Positions 37,391 to 44,998 of a DNA stretch of 64,000 nt are shown here, one piece after another. Location: the NCBI GenBank assembly GCA_965231915.1, contig OZ246892.1:2443247-2507246 (forward strand), given 5' to 3'. Position numbers and translations under genes: made by a program. The stretch's first letter is position 1. The number at the start of each line of letters is the position of its first letter. The notes beneath the pieces are model-generated. The model saw only the letters and a program-made list of their open reading frames with translations. It had not been told where the DNA came from and searched no databases. Origin of the DNA: Acidimicrobiales bacterium. GTDB taxonomy: Bacteria > Actinomycetota > Acidimicrobiia > Acidimicrobiales > Bin134.

Positions 37391-37716
37391 ATCATGCCAT
37401 TTGGGAAGCCACCCACGATCAGTTGATGGGCCACCTAGACGATCCCCCCAGCCGCTGGCGCCAGCTGGGCGGCGCTAGTGGCCACGCCAACCTCGCCCTC
37501 CAAGCCGCCCTCGAGACCCGCGGCGGCGGCACTCTCCTCATCAAGACTGGCAAGGACTCTCCAGTCGAGTCACCAGTGATCGTCGTCGCTTGCTCAGAGC
37601 ACCTCATAGCCGCTGGTACGATAAGGAAGCAGAGGCGGGCGCATGATTCTCGACTGCCGACTCGCGTATCTGGACTAGAGGGGCAACTACTCTCTTTAAC
37701 GAGGAAAGGGGTGTGA

Positions 37717-39438
37717 ATGGCTCGACCCGCTGTACGCGAGTACAAAGTCGCGCATCGGCGGTCTGATCCGCTGCACCTTGATCCACACCCTGACACACCG
37801 GAGGAATCTGACTGGAGCGATTGGGTGCAGGGGTTGACTGCGCCGATCGCGGTCGATTTGTTTTGCGGAGCCGGAGGATTGAGTTGCGGGCTTGAGGCTG
37901 CTGGGTGGCAGGTTGTGCTGGCTGCTGACAGCGACGAGTGGGCATTGGAAAGCCATGGGCACAATGTGGCTGGACGGGCTCTGCACCTCGACTTGAGCGA
38001 ACAGCGGGATCGCGATGCGCTAGTAGAGGTCCTCGATGGCGTCGATGTGGGGCTTGTCGCTGGCGGGCCACCTTGCCAGCCCTTCTCGCGGGCAGGTCAC
38101 TCCAAGATCCGAAGCCTTGTCCAACAGGGAGTCCGAAGCGGTGAAGACTCCCGCCGTGAGCTTTGGCGAGCATTCCTGGAGATAGTGGAGGCGGTTCGGC
38201 CGCACGCGGTGCTCATGGAGAATGTGCCAGACATGGCGCTTGGAGACGGTTTTACCGTGTTGCGCAAGATGATCGAGCGTCTCGGCAAGGCTGGATATGA
38301 GGCCGAGGCAAGGATTGTGGATACTTGGCGTTTTGGCGTTCCACAACACCGGCAGCGGCTGATTCTGGTTGGCCTGAGGAACGGGGCTGTATTCGCGTGG
38401 CCCGGTGAATCGGCCCAAGCAACAGTGCGCGACGCGATCTGGGATCTACCGCGCCTTCATGTGGCGCCTAATACCCAGATCGGAGCATCAGAAATGGGTT
38501 ATGGGGCCGCCGCAGCATGTCGCGATGGTCATCCCTCAGCAATGGGAGAGGCGGCTGGCAACGGCGCTGCCCCATTGAGCGGCTTTGCCGCACAAGCTCG
38601 TGAAAGATGCGCAGGAGACAACCCGGGAATTGTCTACGACCACCAGACGCGTGCCGTGCGCGCTGATGACTTTGAGGCGTTCAAGCTCATGGACGGCCAC
38701 ACGCTGTATTCAGATTTGCCTGAGTCCTTGAAGCGCTACAGAGATGACATTTTCGACGACAAGTACAACCGACTTGACTGGGACAAGCTTTCCCGGACGA
38801 TCACGGCGCATATAGCAAAGGACGGCTACTGGTACATCCATCCTGAGCAGCCCCGGACCCTCACCGTCCGGGAGGCTGCCCGCCTCCAGACGTTTCCCGA
38901 CACGTTCCGATTCGCCGGATATCGGTCTCATCAGTTCCAACAGATCGGCAACGCTGTGCCCCCAGTGCTAGGGCAGATAATCGGGAAGGCAATCCTCTAT
39001 AGCCTGCGTGTCCAACCAACTCGCAAAGATCCGCAACCCTCGACTACTGCACTACGCAGCAGGTTCAGAGAGTCAGTACAGCGCTGGACCGACGAAGACC
39101 CTGTTGCAAAGCGAGTAGCGGCCTCACTGGCTAAGGGAGAAGGAAGACACGGCCAGCGGTGGACTGACCTGTTGAATGGCCCCGAGAGCGGGATAGTGGC
39201 ATCGGCTCCAGCCCTGCGCGTGGCATCAAGGGTTTCAGGTGCTGCCAACGAGGGCAGACTCCATAGGTCAACAGCACAGATGGAGTTGGCACAGTTAGTT
39301 GGCATCAGCGGACAAGCCAGGAAGCTCAACATCGCATCACATGTCCTCGGAACAGAAGTCTGCAAACCCGCTATTCCTCTATGCGACAAGTGCCCCGTCT
39401 CGGACATTTGCGCCGAATCCTCGGACGCTGAGCTTTGA
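37717..39438 (+). CDS. DNA (cytosine-5)-methyltransferase with a 143-aa C-terminal extension ending in an EndoIII/MutY-type Fe-S cluster loop
   Basis: Motifs I DLFCGAGG, IV GGPPCQPFS, VI ENV, VIII QHRQRL and X GNAVPP. The extension contains LAQLVGISGQARKLNIASHVLG and C-x6-C-x2-C-x5-C (CKPAIPLCDKCPVSDIC). Confidence 0.9.
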   Translation: MARPAVREYKVAHRRSDPLHLDPHPDTPEESDWSDWVQGLTAPIAVDLFCGAGGLSCGLEAAGWQVVLAADSDEWALESHGHNVAGRALHLDLSEQRDRDALVEVLDGVDVGLVAGGPPCQPFSRAGHSKIRSLVQQGVRSGEDSRRELWRAFLEIVEAVRPHAVLMENVPDMALGDGFTVLRKMIERLGKAGYEAEARIVDTWRFGVPQHRQRLILVGLRNGAVFAWPGESAQATVRDAIWDLPRLHVAPNTQIGASEMGYGAAAACRDGHPSAMGEAAGNGAAPLSGFAAQARERCAGDNPGIVYDHQTRAVRADDFEAFKLMDGHTLYSDLPESLKRYRDDIFDDKYNRLDWDKLSRTITAHIAKDGYWYIHPEQPRTLTVREAARLQTFPDTFRFAGYRSHQFQQIGNAVPPVLGQIIGKAILYSLRVQPTRKDPQPSTTALRSRFRESVQRWTDEDPVAKRVAASLAKGEGRHGQRWTDLLNGPESGIVASAPALRVASRVSGAANEGRLHRSTAQMELAQLVGISGQARKLNIASHVLGTEVCKPAIPLCDKCPVSDICAESSDAEL

Positions 39439-41636
39439 CTCTCACGAACGATCCACAGCGCACGGGACTGCGGTTCCGCCCTCGCGCCCGCCTGATGAAC
39501 ACTTTGGGACGCGAGCTGATCAGCAGCGATACGGTCGCGCTAGCCGAACTAGTCAAGAACTCCTATGACGCTGGCTCCAGTCTTGTGCTGGTTCGCATTT
39601 CCGGAGAAGTCGATGCGGATGGGGCGATCACACCTGACACAGGCACTATTAGCGTCCTAGATGACGGGCACGGAATGGACGAAGAACGGATAATCGGCAC
39701 CTGGCTAGAACCTGCCACCTCGTTCAGGAACGAGCGCGACCCGCTGCAAAATGGGCGGCGTGTGCTCGGAGAGAAGGGTGTCGGCAGGTTTGCGGCTGCC
39801 AAGCTGGGCAACATATTGAATCTGACTTCCAAAACCGCCGATGGTGAAGAAGTCCGGCTAGGACTGGATTGGCGAGCCTTCAATGATGACTCCAAATATC
39901 TGGAGGACATCGGAATCGACTTGTTAGTTGGCAGCACTGGTGTTTTTGCGCAGGATGGGGATGCCGAACGAACATGGCGGGAGCAGTCCGACTTCAGACA
40001 CGACGACCGAATCCGACCCACTCTTGGGCAAGGCACGCTAATCGAAATAGCAGGCCTCCACAGCCGGTGGAACCCAACGCTGGCCATAGCCGTACATCGG
40101 GCGCTCTCAAGGCTTGTAAGCCCTTTCGCAGAGGAACGCGGAGTAGGCGATGGTTTCAGGATATTCCTCGAGATCCCCGATGATCTTGGCCCTCATAGCG
40201 GGGCGGTCACATCAGATGACCTGCTAAAGCAAAGCCATTACAGCCTTAGCGCCGAAGTTGAGGCCGACGGGCAAGCCACAGTTCTGCTCACCCTGAAAGA
40301 CCGAAGTGAACGTGAACAGGAACTTATCCTGAGTCCCAGCCACGATAGCGAGGTGCTCAGATGTGGCCCGTTCGAGGTGTTCTTGTACGTCTGGGACCGC
40401 GATGCCGACTCCATGAGCAGCCTGGCCGAATACTTCGGTGAAAAGAAACTAGCTAGAGATGCGTTGGACGCAGCATCAGGCGTGAACATCTACCGCGACG
40501 AGTTCCGGGTCCTACCCTACGGTGAGATAGGAGATGACTGGCTGGGTCTAGACGCTCGAAGAGTCCAAAATCCGACGATGCGCCTGTCGAATAACCAGAT
40601 AGTGGGGTACGTCCTCATAGGCCGCGACGGAAACCCGGATCTTGTAGATCAGTCCAACAGAGAACGAATAGTCGAAACCCCAGCTTTCGCAGATCTCCGC
40701 GAAGCCGTCAAACAACTTCTAGGAATCATCGAGACGGAACGATTCAAGTTTCGCCCGAGGCAGCCGAAGAAGAGACGTGGCAGTCTGTTTGACCCGATTG
40801 ATCTAGAGCCACTGCGTGAGGCCGTTTCCGAGTTGGCACCGCACGATGAACAAATTCAAGGATTGGTTGACAAGGCTCAAAGTGATTTTGATGAACAACT
40901 CAAACATGCGGGCGAAGCACTATCCAGATACCATCGCCTGGCCACATTGGGGAGACTCACTGATATGGTCGTCCATGAGTTGGCCCAGCCGATTTTCGCA
41001 ATCAGGCAAACTGCTTCACTGAGCATGGCCAAACTTGACGACGTTCCCAACCAGGATCAGGGTGACATCCTAGAAGACATTGATGCCAACTTCAGCAGGA
41101 TAAAAGACCAAGCCGACATTGCAAACACCGTCGTGAGGCGCATCGAACCGTTCGGTGGCAGACAACGAGGCCGACCAGCTAGTCATATTGCAGAAGACGC
41201 CATCCGCAACACAATCGACCTACTCTCCTCTCAGATATCTGATGCTAAAGCGAAAGTCAACTTGCCGACAACGACACACCAGGTAACAATTGATAAAGGT
41301 GAGTTTCAGGAAATCCTCATCAACTTGCTTGACAACAGTCTCTACTGGTTGAAGCAATCTAAGGCAACACTAAGAGAGATCAGCGTGTCAGCAGAAAGAC
41401 ACGATGACGGCAGCCTGTCCATCGTAGTTGAGGACTCTGGACCAGGCATCTCTGATGAGCACAGAGACCTGATTTTCCAGCCGTACTTCTCTACAAAAGC
41501 CGACGGGGTCGGACTAGGTTTGGCCATTGCAGGAGAAATAGTCGAAGATTACTACGGAGGAAGTCTGGAGTTGCTACCACCCGGGCCGCTCGGAGGATCA
41601 AGGTTTAGGGCAACACTTAAAAAGCGAGTCAACTGA
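39435..41636 (+). CDS. cytoplasmic hybrid protein: N-terminal MORC/HATPase_c_3-like GHKL ATPase module plus C-terminal HisKA/HATPase_c histidine kinase
   Basis: N-terminal Bergerat motifs: ELVKNSYDAG, VLDDGHGM, GEKGVGRFAAAKLG. C-terminal H-box VVHELAQPIFAI, N-box LINLLDNSLYW, G1 VEDSGPGI, F IFQPYFSTK and G2 GVGLGLAIA. No TM segment. The TTG start overlaps the dcm stop; an alternative ATG lies at 39495. Confidence 0.85.
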   Translation: MTLTNDPQRTGLRFRPRARLMNTLGRELISSDTVALAELVKNSYDAGSSLVLVRISGEVDADGAITPDTGTISVLDDGHGMDEERIIGTWLEPATSFRNERDPLQNGRRVLGEKGVGRFAAAKLGNILNLTSKTADGEEVRLGLDWRAFNDDSKYLEDIGIDLLVGSTGVFAQDGDAERTWREQSDFRHDDRIRPTLGQGTLIEIAGLHSRWNPTLAIAVHRALSRLVSPFAEERGVGDGFRIFLEIPDDLGPHSGAVTSDDLLKQSHYSLSAEVEADGQATVLLTLKDRSEREQELILSPSHDSEVLRCGPFEVFLYVWDRDADSMSSLAEYFGEKKLARDALDAASGVNIYRDEFRVLPYGEIGDDWLGLDARRVQNPTMRLSNNQIVGYVLIGRDGNPDLVDQSNRERIVETPAFADLREAVKQLLGIIETERFKFRPRQPKKRRGSLFDPIDLEPLREAVSELAPHDEQIQGLVDKAQSDFDEQLKHAGEALSRYHRLATLGRLTDMVVHELAQPIFAIRQTASLSMAKLDDVPNQDQGDILEDIDANFSRIKDQADIANTVVRRIEPFGGRQRGRPASHIAEDAIRNTIDLLSSQISDAKAKVNLPTTTHQVTIDKGEFQEILINLLDNSLYWLKQSKATLREISVSAERHDDGSLSIVVEDSGPGISDEHRDLIFQPYFSTKADGVGLGLAIAGEIVEDYYGGSLELLPPGPLGGSRFRATLKKRVN

Positions 41637-41654
41637 AGCGAAAGGACTGGAAAC

Positions 41655-42791
41655 TTGGGAGCTGCGTGGCATATTTTGGTAGTTGATGATAACGAAGGAG
41701 TTGCAAAAGACACTGCTGAACTCTTGCATCTAAAATTGAACGCAGATTCACCGACAGGACGTATTATCGCCATGCCAGAAAGCTCCTTCGACAAAGCTTT
41801 GGAGAGGCTTGATCGGGGTGGCATTGACCTACTTGTCTTAGATGTTATTCAACAAGGAGAAATGACACCAAGATCAGAAGAAGAACTCAGAGGCATCGAT
41901 GTATTTGAGCAAGTGCGTGCCACACGGTTTCTCCCAATTGTGTTCCTAACTGCGCTCCCGAACGAGGTCGAACATTACAAGAACCCCCCTTTCGTGCATG
42001 TGGTATCTAAGCAGACAGATGACTTCAATGAAGAATTGGCCCAATGCATATCGGAATGCTTGAATTCCCTGTTTCCACGACTTTCTAGAGAACTACAGAA
42101 CCACATTGATCACGTATCTCGCGACTTTATGATCGAGTTTGTGGAAGAGAATTGGAATGAGTTGAGCGACAACGAAGAAGATATAGCCCATCTGCTGATG
42201 AGAAGACTGGGCGTCTCTTTCGACAATGGCGGCAATCTCTTTGAAGACAGATCTGAAGACTCCACGTCCCTGTTAGGAAAAGTCCCGCCAATTCGCCATT
42301 ACATCGTCCCCCCACCTAAAGAGTTCAGAATGGGCGACGTCTTAAGGCTCCCAGATGAGAGTGGCAGCAGTGAGACTGCAAATAATTGGTACGTCATCAT
42401 GACACCGAGCTGCGACTTGGCCAACGACAAAGCCGACTCGGTAATATTGGCCGAATGCGTTGGAATTAGCGCATTCAATGAGTATAAACAATGGCTAGAG
42501 AGTAGAAGCAGCTCTGCACGAAAGAATTTGACGCGTTTGCTTAGATCAAATCCAAGCGGTGGTCAACAATACCGTTACTACTATCTGCCGAAGGCGTGGA
42601 AGCTACCAGATTTGATTGTCGATCTTCAAAAGATCTTGCACATAGCCTATGAGAACCTTAACAACTACGAGAAGATCGCATCGATTGATAGTCCCTACGC
42701 TGAATCTCTATCACAACAGTTTCTCAGCTATATCGGACGTATTGGTACGCCTGACCTAGATATTGATCTTGCCATAGATCGAATGTCTTGA
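41655..42791 (+). CDS. response-regulator receiver (REC) domain fused to an uncharacterised ~240-aa output domain
   Basis: ILVVDDN, phospho-acceptor context IDLLVLDV, IVFLTA and HVVSKQ form a complete REC signature. I cannot assign the remainder to a family. This is the most AT-rich gene in the window. It starts 18 nt after the kinase stop, with AGGA upstream of a TTG start. Confidence 0.85.
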   Translation: MGAAWHILVVDDNEGVAKDTAELLHLKLNADSPTGRIIAMPESSFDKALERLDRGGIDLLVLDVIQQGEMTPRSEEELRGIDVFEQVRATRFLPIVFLTALPNEVEHYKNPPFVHVVSKQTDDFNEELAQCISECLNSLFPRLSRELQNHIDHVSRDFMIEFVEENWNELSDNEEDIAHLLMRRLGVSFDNGGNLFEDRSEDSTSLLGKVPPIRHYIVPPPKEFRMGDVLRLPDESGSSETANNWYVIMTPSCDLANDKADSVILAECVGISAFNEYKQWLESRSSSARKNLTRLLRSNPSGGQQYRYYYLPKAWKLPDLIVDLQKILHIAYENLNNYEKIASIDSPYAESLSQQFLSYIGRIGTPDLDIDLAIDRMS

Positions 42792-42842
42792 TAAATCAGC
42801 AATTTTCGAGATATCCCCGAGACTGCTTTGGATGATATTTGA

Positions 42843-43043
42843 ATGGTGAAGGTCAAACCGCAACCGGCTGGCCTTCTGCTTGACTTCTTCCCTGGCAGAG
42901 GCACGTCTAACGAAGTCGCCGCCAGACACGGCCGCGACTACCTGCTTGTCAACAACACCAGTCCCATTGGCATCATGACCCAGCGCCTCGCCTCCACTAA
43001 CCCCTAGCTCATCGGTTGCAACGCGCTCTTCGAATCGTCATAG
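42843..43043 (+). pseudogene. decayed 3' fragment of a beta-class MTase gene, homologous to 36921..37124
   Basis: It translates to MVKVKPQPAGLLLDFFPGRGTSNEVAARHGRDYLLVNNTSPIGIMTQRLASTNP*LIGCNALFESS*. The intact gene has LVKVHSRPGDLLLDFFAGSGTLGEAAAKHGRDYLLIDNNPEAIQVMIQRLAPTNPELIGCDALLGTP*. The fragment has an in-frame TAG and a degenerate FxGxG motif. Confidence 0.7.
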
Positions 43044-43047
43044 TGAA

Positions 43048-44067
43048 CTAATGCCTCGGCGTCAGATTTCGATAGTCCCCCTGGAAGACATGCTCGTGAT
43101 GCCATTCCAAGTACGAGTTTCCAGGGCGCTGCCCTCGCTTGGGAACAACCAACTTTGGCCTCAGGGCCTGGCCAAAGTACTGGTCGACTCCGGGATCAGC
43201 ACGACTGCTTGCCTCCAGTTTGGGGGATTGGTGGACCCTGAGGCCCCCGTTCACAGTAATCAGCCCTGTGTCAAAAGCAGCGTCATGAGTCGGGCAGGCT
43301 GCTACGCCGTTGCGAAAGTCCAACCGCTCATTGTCATCGCACGCTGCCCAGGGCTTGATGTGTGAGGCCACCAGGAGCTTGTTGCCCCTAAGCCTTTTGG
43401 GTGCAAATCCGCAAAAACCGCATGTGTAGCTAAAGTTTTCAAGCACTATCGTTGCGAATCTGTGCTGGCCGTTGCGAATCTTTTGCTCGACGACTCGTTC
43501 TGTTTCACCTACGTCTACCAGATGACGACCTCGTTGCTGGGCAACCATACTGGTCACCACCCTCAACAAATCCTGATGATTCAATTCGTCTTGACCCAAT
43601 AGATCAGCATAATCGAGTCCTTCCAGCATCAGAAAGTCCGGTAGTTTCTGAGTGGTAATTCCCAATTCTCGTGCTGCCGAGAGTACCTGGTTGTAGAGCT
43701 GCGTGAACAGGTTAGGATCTCTCCTCATAGCGGCGTAGAAATCTGGCTCGAATTTTCCGCCCCGATTCCTAGACCCTCCTTCCAGGTTCATCATCTTGTG
43801 AGTGATCGAAGTCGACGGCCTGACAAACAGCTCTGCGAGCTCATGCACCAGCGGCGGGGCGTTACGAATGGACTCGCTCCCATATTTGTGGGGATCGTCG
43901 ACGACCTGGAAGAGTCCATAGCACAAGATGGCTTCTACCGGCGTGAACGGCTCCTGACGAGGTTTCGGCTGGCGGCGAAGTATCTGGCTCCACTGCGATC
44001 GAGCCTGCTCGACTGTGAGGTCGAGGTAGTCGCTCAGCGATCGCACCCTGCCAACGTAGCCGGCCAC
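43048..44067 (-). CDS. HNH endonuclease (HNH_2-type) with an uncharacterised ~210-aa N-terminal region
   Basis: CGFCGF...LLVASHIKPWAACDDNERLDFRNGVAACPTHDAAFDTGLITV. Confidence 0.85.
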   Translation of the reverse strand: MAGYVGRVRSLSDYLDLTVEQARSQWSQILRRQPKPRQEPFTPVEAILCYGLFQVVDDPHKYGSESIRNAPPLVHELAELFVRPSTSITHKMMNLEGGSRNRGGKFEPDFYAAMRRDPNLFTQLYNQVLSAARELGITTQKLPDFLMLEGLDYADLLGQDELNHQDLLRVVTSMVAQQRGRHLVDVGETERVVEQKIRNGQHRFATIVLENFSYTCGFCGFAPKRLRGNKLLVASHIKPWAACDDNERLDFRNGVAACPTHDAAFDTGLITVNGGLRVHQSPKLEASSRADPGVDQYFGQALRPKLVVPKRGQRPGNSYLEWHHEHVFQGDYRNLTPRH

Positions 44068-44166
44068 TGATCTGGGATCACAGGAAGCAGCGCACTGAGC
44101 GTCGATTGCAGGGAATACTCCCTGTTCAGCCGGCGCGTAGTCCCTAGAGAACCATAGGATCAGCTG

Positions 44167-44955
44167 ATGCCCGTGCTTGCACTCAAACCGGCAACCACCA
44201 CCTCTTCTCTGGTGGCCCGGTACACCCGAGCTCTAGTCATGCCCGAAGTCGCAGTCAGGCTCCCCGCGGTGACGGTGATGGAGTCCGGGATCACCCGCGT
44301 GCCCGTCGGGCGTGTCTCAGGGGAGCGCTTGTACCAGTCAGAGCACTTCTTCTTTTGGATGACGGTGATCGAGAACCTCCCCGAGTACACCTTCCAGCGA
44401 GCCTTGAGCTACGCCGACCCCGATAACGTCGAAGAGCTCGCTCAGTTAGCAGGCAGGCTCCGGCTTGAGTCGGTGGAACCTGGCAACTGGTACCCCACCG
44501 AAGAAGACGCGACGGCTCTCTTCTCAAGGTCAGGCGGCTTCGAAGGAGTCCAAGTCACAAAGCAGTCGACTATGGACACGCCGGAGGGGGCCAAGTGCAC
44601 TGCGATGATCTGGTTCACTCCTGACACCCTGGAGAAGATGAGCCTTGCGCTGCTGGCCGCAGCGTATCGGGAAGCAAACGAACAGGGGTACAAGCCGATC
44701 AGCGCTGAAATTGCTGAAGTGGTGCTCCCAGTGGCCAAGCAAATGGATCGATTCGCTGGGTCCGCAGTATTCATGCCGGATACCAGCTACGGGCTTGGAG
44801 GACTGCTGGAAGCCCGTCACGCCCTCAGAATCGGGTCGATCTCTGTACCGAAATCCAGGCTCGCGGAACTCGACGACATCATTTCAACCCATGGCGAGCA
44901 ATACCGCGAATATCTCGGTGGGCGTGATGCCTACGGTCTGACTGTCCGGGTATAA
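44167..44955 (+). CDS. hypothetical protein; start uncertain (candidates 44278 and 44359)
   Basis: Long ORF with a plausible composition from about MTVIENLPEYTFQRAL onward. No family recognised. Confidence 0.4.
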   Translation: MPVLALKPATTTSSLVARYTRALVMPEVAVRLPAVTVMESGITRVPVGRVSGERLYQSEHFFFWMTVIENLPEYTFQRALSYADPDNVEELAQLAGRLRLESVEPGNWYPTEEDATALFSRSGGFEGVQVTKQSTMDTPEGAKCTAMIWFTPDTLEKMSLALLAAAYREANEQGYKPISAEIAEVVLPVAKQMDRFAGSAVFMPDTSYGLGGLLEARHALRIGSISVPKSRLAELDDIISTHGEQYREYLGGRDAYGLTVRV

Positions 44956-44998
44956 GCCAATAGCGGGATCGGATTACCAAGGTCGACGTAGGCTTGGG

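Noticed and set aside
37423-37716. 97-aa ORF upstream of dcm, considered as a possible controller (C) protein.
   Set aside because: It has no helix-turn-helix pattern and an Arg/Gly/Ala-rich composition. It overlaps an equally long antisense ORF.
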